From positions 7,650,001 to 7,682,000 of the forward strand of contig NZ_CP042911.1 in NCBI RefSeq assembly GCF_008065095.1: 32,000 bases of DNA, given 5' to 3'. The notes beneath the pieces were generated by a model. That model saw nothing but the letters and a program-made list of their open reading frames with translations, made no database searches and was not told where the DNA came from. The translations under genes were made by a program, and so were the position numbers. The number at the start of each line of letters is the position of its first letter. Positions within the stretch are counted from its first letter, which is position 1. Positions 18,171-30,573 of this stretch are shown here, one piece after another. Source of the DNA: Gemmata obscuriglobus (GTDB lineage: Bacteria; Planctomycetota; Planctomycetia; Gemmatales; Gemmataceae).

Positions 18171-18410
18171 ACACAAAAGCAGAAGAAGATTGGCCGCAAA
18201 AAGCACAGGAATCAGAAGAGGATTGGCCGCAAAAAAGCACAAAGGGCACAAAAGGAAACCACAGACGAATAAAAAATAGTGAGTTCAAGACACTTCTCTT
18301 TCTCTTCGGTTTTCTTTTGTGCCCTTTGTGCTTTTTTGCGGCCAATCCTCTTCTGATTCCTCGGTTTTCTTTTGTGCCTTTTGTGCTTCTTTGCGGCCAA
18401 TCCTCTTCCG
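18171..18410. repeat. Nested array of about 50-bp A/T-rich repeat units, two forward and two reverse-complement copies
   Basis: The forward unit is ATCAGAAGAGGATTGGCCGCAAAAAAGCACAAAGGGCACAAAAGGAAACC (18211-18260), with a shorter copy at about 18171-18210. The reverse-complement copies lie at 18307-18357 and 18358-18409. The array fills nearly the whole 288-bp gap between stop 18163 and ATG 18452. Confidence 0.8.
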
Positions 18411-18451
18411 CCTTCGGCCCACCACTCTTCCTCTTTTAGAGGACACGACCG

Positions 18452-18955
18452 ATGACCGCAGACGACGTGATCCGCCTGCTGCAGTTGCAGCCGCACCCGG
18501 TCGAGGGCGGGTTCTTCCGCGAGACGTACCGCTCCGCCGCGACCCTCCCCGCCGCGGCGCTGCCGTCGCACAAGGCAGACCGCAGCGTATCGACCGCAAT
18601 TTACTACCTGCTCAAGCCGGGTCACGTGTCCGAGCTGCACGTCCTTCCGGGCGACGAGGTGTTCCACTTTTACCTCGGCGCGCCGGTGCGGATGCTGCAA
18701 TTGTGGCCCGACGGCACCGGCCGCGAGGTCGTGCTCGGGTCGAACGTTGCGGCCGGCGAGGTGCCGCAGCTCGTGGTACCCGGCGGGGTGTGGCAGGGCA
18801 CCCGCCTCGCCGGCGACAGCGGCTTCGCGCTGCTCGGCTGCACCGTCGCGCCGGGGTTCGATTACGCCGATTACACGGGCGCGACCCGCGCCGAGCTGAC
18901 CGCCAAGTGGCCCGCGTTCGCCGGGCCGATCGCCGAACTGACCCCGCGCGGCTGA
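18452..18955 (+). CDS. Cupin superfamily protein (DUF985 family)
   Basis: LQLQPHPVEGGFFRETYRS...STAIYYLL...SELHVLPGDEVFHFYLG...VVPGGVWQG...LLGCTVAPGFDYADY is the typical DUF985 cupin pattern. Confidence 0.85.
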   Translation: MTADDVIRLLQLQPHPVEGGFFRETYRSAATLPAAALPSHKADRSVSTAIYYLLKPGHVSELHVLPGDEVFHFYLGAPVRMLQLWPDGTGREVVLGSNVAAGEVPQLVVPGGVWQGTRLAGDSGFALLGCTVAPGFDYADYTGATRAELTAKWPAFAGPIAELTPRG

Positions 18956-18986
18956 ACGCGATCGGGCGCGAGGCGGTCGTTGCCTT

Positions 18987-20204
18987 CTACCCGTGTGAGC
19001 TGCCGTCACCCGCCAGCGCGTCGAGCCACACGCGCAGGTCGTTGCCGTACTCGCTCGCGAGGTCCCCTTTCACGAGCTGCCGGTGGAACGCGGCCGCGCC
19101 GCGGCGCCCCAGGTCGGCGGCCTCCGCGTCCGGGAACCGTTTCTCGGGGTCGGCGGCGACCAGGCGCCGGCACAGGCTGACGAGCAGGTCGCTCCCGACG
19201 ACCTCGTGCGGCAGCACGTCCGCCAGTCGGTGCTCGAGCGTGCGCTTCGACTCGATCAGCCCCGACACCCCGACGAAGCCCTCGAACGGGGACCGCCCGG
19301 CCATCATCTCGATGAGCACGTACCCCAGGCTCGCGAGGTCGGACTGCGGGGTGACCGGCGCGCCGTCGAGCACCTCCGGGGCGGCGTACAGCGGGGACCA
19401 CGCGCGGCGCCCCTCCGCCGACCGCAGGTCCGCCGCGGACCCGACGTCCACCACCTTCGCGGAGCCGGTCCGCTTGAGCATCACGTTGGCCGGCTTGAGG
19501 TCGCCGTGCGTGATCCCCTCGCGGTGGAGCGCGGCCAGCGCCGCGAGGCAGTCGCGGAGGATGTGGGTCGCCACCCCCGGCTTGATCCGCGGTTGGGCGG
19601 GGCCGTCCGTCAGCACCACGTCCTCGACGAACCGCAGGTGCTCCGGGCCGAGCCGCGCGCGGGTCCGCTCCAGGGTGGCCGGCGTGAGCACCAGGCGCAG
19701 GTCGATGCCGTCCACCCACTCCATCCGCATGACGCGGACGCCGCGGTGCTCGCTGAAGTGGTGCACCGCGACCAGGTTCTCGTGCTGCACCGCGGCGACC
19801 CGCGCGGCCACCGCCGCGATCCGGGCCATGTCCTCGGTGTACGCCTCCGCGGTGCGGAACTGTTCCGGCGAGAACACCTTCAGCGCGACGGGCAGGGCGA
19901 ACCCGTCGGAGCCCTCGCGGCGCGCGAAGAACACCACGCCCTGCCCGCCGCGGCCGACGAGGTTCAGGTCGCGGCACCCGGCGGCCCAGCCCGGGTCGGT
20001 TCCGGAGAGGATCGCGCGGTAGTGGGCGGTCAACTCGTCCGTCGTGCCGCCGCCCCCGGCGAGCGGGAGCGTGCTGGGGTGAGGTAAGCTGTCATGTAAG
20101 CGCGTGGACTCCATGTCGCTCCGGAGAGTCGAGGCGATGGCCGTCATGGCGGAACGGCCATTGTATCGCGGCTTGCGCGCGTGTCTCCGCGCGGGCCGGC
20201 TCAT
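18987..20204 (-). CDS. Ser/Thr protein kinase (Hanks-type, HGD variant of the HRD motif)
   Basis: Kinase motifs present: Gly-loop GRGGQGVVF, VALKVF Lys, catalytic loop HGDLKPANVML, VVDVGSA in place of DFG, and YAAPE. I chose ATG 20204 as the start because GGGAGGG lies about 9 nt upstream; ATG 20146 and ATG 20113 are alternatives. The ORF-track extension to 21065 overlaps the SGNH gene and is spurious. Confidence 0.8.
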   Translation of the reverse strand: MSRPARRHARKPRYNGRSAMTAIASTLRSDMESTRLHDSLPHPSTLPLAGGGGTTDELTAHYRAILSGTDPGWAAGCRDLNLVGRGGQGVVFFARREGSDGFALPVALKVFSPEQFRTAEAYTEDMARIAAVAARVAAVQHENLVAVHHFSEHRGVRVMRMEWVDGIDLRLVLTPATLERTRARLGPEHLRFVEDVVLTDGPAQPRIKPGVATHILRDCLAALAALHREGITHGDLKPANVMLKRTGSAKVVDVGSAADLRSAEGRRAWSPLYAAPEVLDGAPVTPQSDLASLGYVLIEMMAGRSPFEGFVGVSGLIESKRTLEHRLADVLPHEVVGSDLLVSLCRRLVAADPEKRFPDAEAADLGRRGAAAFHRQLVKGDLASEYGNDLRVWLDALAGDGSSHG

Positions 20205-20246
20205 AGAATCACCCTCCCGCTCTCCCTTCCAGAAAGGACGCACGCG

Positions 20247-20942
20247 ATGCGATTTGCTCATCCGGTCGTGCTCGCCGGCCTGTTCTGCGCTGCCCCGTTT
20301 GCCGCCGCCGCGGACGCCCCGCCCCCGCTCAAAAAGGGCGAGAAGATCGTGTTCCTCGGCGATTCGATCACACAGGCCGGGGTCGGCCCCAAGGGGTACG
20401 TCACGGTCATCAAGGGGGCGCTCCACGAAGCGCACAAGGACCTGGGGATCGAGGTGATCGGGGCCGGCATCAGCGGGAACAAGGTGCCCGACCTCCAGCG
20501 GCGGCTCGAAAGGGACGTGCTCGCGAAGAAGCCGACACTGGTGGTGATCTACATCGGGATCAACGACGTGTGGCACGGCGAGAAGGACCCCGCAAGGGGC
20601 ACCCCGAAGGACAAGTTCGAGGCGGGGCTGAAGGAGATCATTGGTAAGATCAAGGACGGCGGGGCGCGGGTGGTCCTTTGCACGCCCACGGTCATCGGCG
20701 AGAAAAAGGCGGGCGCGAACAAGCTCGACGCCCAGCTCGACGAGTACGCCGACGTGAGCCGCAAGGTGGCGAAGGAAACCGGGTCGCAACTGTGCGACCT
20801 GCGCAAGGCGTTCGTGGACCACATCGCCAAGAACAACTCCGCCGATAAGGACAGGGGCGTCCTGACCACCGACACCGTTCACCTGAACGACGCGGGGAAC
20901 AAGCTCGTCGCCGACACCATCCGCGCGACGATTGACAAGTGA
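20247..20942 (+). CDS. Secreted SGNH/GDSL-family hydrolase
   Basis: The signal peptide is MRFAHPVVLAGLFCAAPFAAAADA. Block I is IVFLGDSITQAG, block III is YIGINDVWHG and block V is DTVHLNDAGNKLVA. Confidence 0.85.
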   Translation: MRFAHPVVLAGLFCAAPFAAAADAPPPLKKGEKIVFLGDSITQAGVGPKGYVTVIKGALHEAHKDLGIEVIGAGISGNKVPDLQRRLERDVLAKKPTLVVIYIGINDVWHGEKDPARGTPKDKFEAGLKEIIGKIKDGGARVVLCTPTVIGEKKAGANKLDAQLDEYADVSRKVAKETGSQLCDLRKAFVDHIAKNNSADKDRGVLTTDTVHLNDAGNKLVADTIRATIDK

Positions 20943-21022
20943 GCCCACAACCAGAAGCGATTCGGCCCTTGCGCGAAACAAGAGCGTTGCTGCTGGATTC
21001 GAGGGCAAAGTGCGGATTCGGT

Positions 21023-21141
21023 GGTTCGCCCGAGCGCGAACCTGGAGTGAGCGCATCTGAGGCACAGCCTGTTCGACCAGGTGTTATTGAACAGGCTGTG
21101 CCGCAAGGTCGCGAAATCGCCGATCGGCACGACCGATTTCG
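21023..21141 (+). other. Three consecutive hairpins in the 368-bp lower-GC spacer upstream of pfk (candidate structured RNA, 5' UTR or terminator)
   Basis: Hairpin 1 is GGTTCGC-ccgagc-GCGAACC (21023-21042). Hairpin 2 is GGCACAGCCTGTTC-N14-GAACAGGCTGTGCC (21061-21102), with a perfect 14-bp stem. Hairpin 3 is CGAAATCG-N14-CGATTTCG (21112-21141). None is followed by a U-tract. Confidence 0.3.
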
Positions 21142-21310
21142 ATTCCAACTGCCTGTTCGCAAGGCAATCGCGATTTGGCTTCAGAGTTGCAGCGTGGCAA
21201 CGCGATTCGAACGCTTTTTCTGACTCAACCGTTTAAAACCCGCGGTGCGGGTGCGTTGAAAACTCTTCCAGCGCACAGACGCCGAACAGGTAAACACACG
21301 GGGGCGTCTT

Positions 21311-22630
21311 TTGGTCAGCCGCGAAGACCTCGTCGTCAAGTCGCTCGGGCCGTGCCGGATCGATTCGCCCATGCTCCCGCTGTTGGAGCAGCGCAAGAGA
21401 AGTTATTACAACGTCGACGAAGCCGACCGCGTGCTCTTCGACGACACCGCGTCGGCGCTCGCCGGGCGCGGCGTGCCCGTCGACCAGATCCCGGGGTTCG
21501 AGCCGGCCGGGCCGCGGCGCAAGATCTTCTTCGACCCGTCCAAGACGCGCGCCGGCGTCGTCACCTGCGGCGGGCTGTGCCCCGGCTTCAACGACGTCAT
21601 CCGCGCGCTGGTGATGGAACTGCACTTCCTGTACGGGGTGCAGCGCATCCACGGGTTCTGCAACGGGTACCAGGGGTTCATCCCGAAGTACAAGCGGCCC
21701 GTCCTCGAACTCACCCCCCAGTTCGTCAGCCAGATCAACGAGCAGGGCGGCACCATCCTGGGCACCTCGCGCGGCGAGCAGGACCCGGCCGAGATCGTCG
21801 ACTGCCTGGAGCGGATGGGGATCAACGTCCTGTTCGTGATCGGCGGCGACGGGACGCTCCGCGGGGCGCAGGCCATCGCGCGCGAGGTGGAGGCGCGCGG
21901 GACCAAGATCGCGGTCGTCGGCATCCCGAAGACGATCGACAACGACATCATGTTCATCGACCAGAGCTTCGGGTTCCAGACCGCGTTCTCGACCGGCGCG
22001 GAGGTGATCCAGACGGCCCACGCCGAGGCGAAGGCGTCGCCCAACGGCATCGGCCTGGTGAAGCTGATGGGCCGGCACTCCGGGTTCATCGCGTGCTACT
22101 CGTCGCTCGCGCGCAACGACGCCAACTTCGTGCTCATCCCCGAGGTCCCGTTCGCGCTCGACGGCGAGCGCGGGTTCCTGTCGGTGCTGCGGAAGCGGGT
22201 CCAGCGGTCCGGGCACGCGGTGATCGTGGTCGCGGAAGGGGCGGGGCAGGACCTGACGCCCGGGAGCGACGAGCGGGACGCGTCCGGGAACCCGCGGTTC
22301 AACGACATCGGCGTGTTCCTCAAGCAGAGAATCACCGAGGACTTCGCCGCCGCGAACCTCGAGCTGAACCTGAAGTACTTCGACCCGAGCTACTTCGTGC
22401 GGAGCGTGAAGGCGAACCCGTTCGACGCGGTGTACTGCCTGCGGCTGGCGCACAACGCGGTCCACGCCGCGATGGCCGGGCGCACCGAGGTGGTGGTGAG
22501 CCGCTGGCACGGGCGGTTCGTGCTGCTGCCGATCCCGCTGGCGGTCCGCGCCCGTCACACCGTGGACCCCAACGGCGACCTGTGGCTGAGCGTGCTGGAG
22601 TCCACCGGCCAGCCGCCCGTGTTCGGATGA
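21311..22630 (+). CDS. pfk: 6-phosphofructokinase, long 'plant/trypanosomatid-like' clade (phosphoryl donor not certain)
   Basis: Matching motifs are GVVTCGGLCPGFNDVIRA, FVIGGDGTLRGA, VVGIPKTIDNDI and MGRHSGFIA. I set the start at TTG 21311 (VSREDLVVKSLGPCRIDSP); ATG 21371 is the alternative. Confidence 0.88.
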   Translation: MVSREDLVVKSLGPCRIDSPMLPLLEQRKRSYYNVDEADRVLFDDTASALAGRGVPVDQIPGFEPAGPRRKIFFDPSKTRAGVVTCGGLCPGFNDVIRALVMELHFLYGVQRIHGFCNGYQGFIPKYKRPVLELTPQFVSQINEQGGTILGTSRGEQDPAEIVDCLERMGINVLFVIGGDGTLRGAQAIAREVEARGTKIAVVGIPKTIDNDIMFIDQSFGFQTAFSTGAEVIQTAHAEAKASPNGIGLVKLMGRHSGFIACYSSLARNDANFVLIPEVPFALDGERGFLSVLRKRVQRSGHAVIVVAEGAGQDLTPGSDERDASGNPRFNDIGVFLKQRITEDFAAANLELNLKYFDPSYFVRSVKANPFDAVYCLRLAHNAVHAAMAGRTEVVVSRWHGRFVLLPIPLAVRARHTVDPNGDLWLSVLESTGQPPVFG

Positions 22631-22637
22631 GCTGAAC

Positions 22638-22700
22638 GGCAAAACGGAAAAGCCGAGCGCGTTCTTCTTGTTTGCCTTCCGCTTTTGCCTTTTTCCTTTT
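22638..22700 (+). terminator. Candidate intrinsic terminator after pfk (imperfect hairpin followed by T-rich run)
   Basis: GGCAAAAcGGAA (22638-22649) pairs with TTCCgcTTTTGCC (22677-22689) and is followed by TTTTTCCTTTT (22690-22700). It begins 8 nt after the pfk stop. The 27-nt loop is long, so confidence is moderate. Confidence 0.45.
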
Positions 22701-22728
22701 CACGTTTGCCTTGACCCTTGGGGCGTTC

Positions 22729-25491
22729 ATGCAAGTGGCGGCACAGAAGGCGCTCGGCGCCGACATCCGGCTCCTCGGCAACCTGCTCGGCCAAGCGATC
22801 CGGCGCCTGGGAGGGGACGCCGCGTTCGACCTCGAGGAGGAGGTGCGGGCGGCGGCCAAGGAGCTGCGCGCCAGCCCCTCGCCGGACGCCGCGCGGCGGC
22901 TCCGCGACCGCCTCGGCACGCTCGACGTGCCCGCGCTCCGCGGGCTGATCCGGGCGTTCAGCGTGTTTTTCGACCTCATCAACCTGGCCGAGCAGCAGGC
23001 GCGCGTGCGGGCGCTGCGGCACCGGGCCGCCCGGCCGGACCCGGCCCGCGCCGAGAACGCCGAGTCCGCCCTCCAGAGCATCGCCCGGCGCGGCGTGCCG
23101 GTTGAGGAGGTGGCGGACCACCTCGCCCGGGCGCTGGTCGTGCCCGTGTTCACCGCGCACCCGAGCGAGGCCCGCCGCCGCTCGGTGCTGGAGAAGCTCG
23201 CCGCGGTGGCCCAACTGCTCGACAAGCTCGAGTACGGCCAGCCGACGCCGTCCGAGCGCGACGCGCTGACCGACGCGATCGCGGAGGAGGTCGAGGCGCT
23301 GTGGCTGACGGACGCGGTGCGGTCGGCCCGCCCCTCCGTGCTCGACGAGGTGCGCCAGGTGCTCGGGGTGGTCGAGGCGCGGCTGCTGGACGTCGTCCCG
23401 AAGGTGTACCGCAAGCTCGAATCGGCGCTCGAGAAGGTGTACCCGAACCACGGGCGCCGCGTGCCGGCGTTCTTGCAGTTCGGGTCGTGGATCGGCGGCG
23501 ACCGCGACGGCCACCCCAACGTCACCCACGCCGTCACCGCCGAGGCCGTCCGGCTCCAGCAGGAAACGGTCCTCGCCCACTACCTCCAGCGGATCGAGGC
23601 GCTGGGCGGGAAGCTGAGCCACTCGGCACCGTTCGTCGCGGCCGGCCCGTCGCTCGCGGCGTCGCTCGCGGCGGACGCGAAGCTCCTGCCCGGGGTGGCG
23701 CAGGGGAAGCCGGGCGAGCCGTACCGCGCGAAGTGCCTGATGATCGCCGAGAAGCTGCGGCGCACCCTCGCGTTCGTGCGCACGCACGCGGACGACTGGG
23801 GCGCGGACGCGCAGGCCCCGCCCGCCGGGGTGTACGTCGGCCGCGGCGAGTTGCTCGCCGACCTCACCCTGATCGCCGACGACCTGCGCCGGGCGGGTGC
23901 GACCGCGAGCGCCGACGGGGCCGTGCGGGACTTCATTCGGCTCGTGGAGGTGTTCGGGCTGCACCTCCTGACGCTCGACATCCGTCAGCACAGCGCCAGG
24001 CACGAGGCCGCGACCGCGGAGGTGCTGGCCGCGGCCGGGGTGTGCCCGAACTACGCGGCCCTGTCGGCGGACGAGCGGTTCGCGGTGCTCGCGAAGGAGC
24101 TGGAGTCCTCGCGCCCGCTGGTCCCCGCGCACCTGCCGTTCACCCCGGACACGACGGAGGTGGTCCGCACGTTCCGCACGATGGCGGCGGTCCTGGAGCA
24201 GCGGTGCCCGGAGGCGCTCGGGACGTACATCATCAGCTCGACGACCGAGCCGGTCCACCTGCTCGAGGTGCTCCTCTTCGCGCGCGAGGCGCGGCTGTTC
24301 CGGCCCGCGGAGGGCGTGAGCCGCATCGACGTGGTGCCGCTGTTCGAGGCCCTGGAGCCGCTCCGCTCGGCCCGCCGGATCGTCACCCGGCTGCTCGAGC
24401 TGCCCGTGTACCGGCGGCAGGTCGAGCTGCGCGGGAACCGGCAGGAGGTGATGATCGGGTACTCGGACAGCAACAAGGAGAGCGGGTTCCTGCAGTCCGC
24501 GTGGGCGCTGTACCGCGCCCAGGCCGAGCTGACCGAGCTGGGCCGCGGGGCGGGCGTCACGATCCAGTTCTTCCACGGCCGCGGGGGCGCGGTCGGGCGC
24601 GGCGGCGGGCCGGCGAACTACGCGATCCTGGCCCAGCCCAAGGGCACCGTGGACGGCCGCATCCGGATCACCGAACAGGGCGAGATGATCGCCGACCGGT
24701 ACGGGCACCCGGCCGTCGCCGAGCGGCACCTGGAGCAGGTGCTGGACGCGGTCCTGCGGACCAGCTTCCCGGACGCGGCGGAGGGGGCCGACCCGAAGTG
24801 GCTCGCGGCCCTCGACGCGCTGGCGGACTCGGCCCGGAAGCACTACCGGGGGCTGGTGTACGAGGACCCGGGGTTCCTCACGTACTTCGAGCAGGCGACC
24901 TGCATCGGCGAGATCGCGGAGCTGAAGATCGGGTCGCGCCCGGCCCGGCGGAGCGGCGCGCGGAGCATTGAAGAGCTGCGGGCGATCCCGTGGGTGTTCA
25001 GTTGGATGCAGAGCCGGCACACGCTGCCCGGGTGGTTCGGGCTCGGGAGCGCGGTCGCGGAGTTCCTGCGCGCGAACCCGGACGGCCTCGCGATGCTCTC
25101 TGACATGTACGCCCGCTGGCCGTTCTGGCGCACCCTGATCGACAACTCGCAGATGATCCTCGCCAAGGCCGACATGGTCATCGCCCGGTTGTACGCCGAC
25201 CTCGTGACGGACCAGGCCCTGGCGGCCCGCATCTACGGGCGGATCGAGGGGGAGTACCGGGCGGCGGTGGACGCGGTGTGCCGGATCACGGGCCAGTCGG
25301 CGCTGCTCGAACGGTCCCCCGTGCTGGGGACGTCGATCGAGCGGCGGAACCCGTACGTGGACCCGCTGAGCTTCATCCAGTTGGTGCTGCTCGACCGGCT
25401 GCGGAACCAGAGCGGCCCGCGCGAGGAGCTGGTGACGGCGGTGCTGGAGAGCATCAACGGGGTCGCGTCCGGGCTGAAGAACACGGGGTGA
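22729..25491 (+). CDS. ppc: Phosphoenolpyruvate carboxylase
   Basis: Matching motifs are VFTAHPSEARRRS, GYSDSNKESGF, FHGRGGAVGRGGGP and the C-terminal ...GLKNTG. The start is ATG 22729 (MQVAAQKALGADIRLLGNLLG); the upstream ORF-track extension translates the T-rich terminator region. Confidence 0.95.
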   Translation: MQVAAQKALGADIRLLGNLLGQAIRRLGGDAAFDLEEEVRAAAKELRASPSPDAARRLRDRLGTLDVPALRGLIRAFSVFFDLINLAEQQARVRALRHRAARPDPARAENAESALQSIARRGVPVEEVADHLARALVVPVFTAHPSEARRRSVLEKLAAVAQLLDKLEYGQPTPSERDALTDAIAEEVEALWLTDAVRSARPSVLDEVRQVLGVVEARLLDVVPKVYRKLESALEKVYPNHGRRVPAFLQFGSWIGGDRDGHPNVTHAVTAEAVRLQQETVLAHYLQRIEALGGKLSHSAPFVAAGPSLAASLAADAKLLPGVAQGKPGEPYRAKCLMIAEKLRRTLAFVRTHADDWGADAQAPPAGVYVGRGELLADLTLIADDLRRAGATASADGAVRDFIRLVEVFGLHLLTLDIRQHSARHEAATAEVLAAAGVCPNYAALSADERFAVLAKELESSRPLVPAHLPFTPDTTEVVRTFRTMAAVLEQRCPEALGTYIISSTTEPVHLLEVLLFAREARLFRPAEGVSRIDVVPLFEALEPLRSARRIVTRLLELPVYRRQVELRGNRQEVMIGYSDSNKESGFLQSAWALYRAQAELTELGRGAGVTIQFFHGRGGAVGRGGGPANYAILAQPKGTVDGRIRITEQGEMIADRYGHPAVAERHLEQVLDAVLRTSFPDAAEGADPKWLAALDALADSARKHYRGLVYEDPGFLTYFEQATCIGEIAELKIGSRPARRSGARSIEELRAIPWVFSWMQSRHTLPGWFGLGSAVAEFLRANPDGLAMLSDMYARWPFWRTLIDNSQMILAKADMVIARLYADLVTDQALAARIYGRIEGEYRAAVDAVCRITGQSALLERSPVLGTSIERRNPYVDPLSFIQLVLLDRLRNQSGPREELVTAVLESINGVASGLKNTG

Positions 25492-25804
25492 GCGCCTTCC
25501 CCTGGGGCCGCGGGCGTCTCGCCCGCTTGTTGCGCGGCAGACGGGCTCCGCGGTTGACCGCGGGGGCGTGGTCGCCCGCTTCTGCCGAGGTGCGAGGCGG
25601 CATTAGGGTTCGATCGGGCGGCACCGGCTGCGGGGCACAAGCGGGCCGGCGCCCCTCGCTCCAGCAAGAACGCGCCTTGCCAAGATGTCTCGCTATCGAG
25701 ATATTTGACTTCGAGCGATTTAATTGGCACTACATTCACGCGGTTTCTGCCACATTGCCTCTCCCGAGTTGGCCGGAAGCGGCTCAACCCCGTACTAAAC
25801 GCAT

Positions 25805-30388
<4,584 letters not shown>

Positions 30389-30419
30389 CGGTCGGCGCGA
30401 GCGACTTCAACAACCCCGT

Positions 30420-30530
30420 GCCCGGGGCGTTCGCCCCGGGCTATTGTCCGCGACCCCGTTGGGGTCGGGGGAACAGGTTTTCGACCCCGACGGGGTCGCG
30501 GGAAATAGCCCGGGGCGAAAACCCCGGCGC
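30420..30530. repeat. REP/BIME-like element: two inverted copies of a unit that itself contains two hairpins, between gltB and gltD
   Basis: There are four local hairpins. H1 is GCCCGGGGC-gttc-GCCCCGGGC (30420-30441). H2 is CGACCCC-gtt-GGGGTCG (30451-30467). H3 is CGACCCC-gac-GGGGTCG (30482-30498). H4 is CCGGGG-cgaaaa-CCCCGG (30510-30527). In addition, 30433-30467 and 30482-30516 are 35-nt inverted repeats with 3 mismatches. Confidence 0.75.
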
Positions 30531-30573
30531 CTCAACGGAGGAGCGGCGGCGTCGAGCGCCGATCGTGAGCACA

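Noticed and set aside
18097-18345. Small Lys/His-rich or Phe/Cys-rich ORFs, for example MAAKKHKGHKRKPKRKRS... at 18097..18345 (-), plus 18054..18251 (-) and the start of 18319..20022 (+)
   Set aside because: They are simply translations of the inverted A/T-rich repeat units, and both strands give mirror-image peptides.
18171-18410. A CRISPR array
   Set aside because: The copies are adjacent with no spacer-length unique segments. Half of them are in inverted orientation and there are only four. No cas genes are in the window.
20205-21065. The upstream part of the 692-aa kinase ORF, overlapping the SGNH hydrolase on the opposite strand
   Set aside because: The kinase homology starts only after about nt 20110. 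The overlapped region encodes a well-supported SGNH protein on the plus strand, and the minus-frame peptide there is low complexity.
21190-21215. A tRNA-like T-loop string on the minus strand (AAGCG-TTCGAAT-CGCGT followed by TGCCA)
   Set aside because: The T-stem has a mismatch. No 7-bp acceptor stem, D-arm or anticodon arm can be drawn in the flanking 80 nt, and the CCA lies too close to the T-arm.
25725-25740. A sigma-54-like promoter (TGGCAC-N5-TCAC) about 65 bp upstream of gltB
   Set aside because: The -24 element matches, but the -12 element reads TCAC rather than TTGC. A single half-match is expected by chance, so I do not call it.
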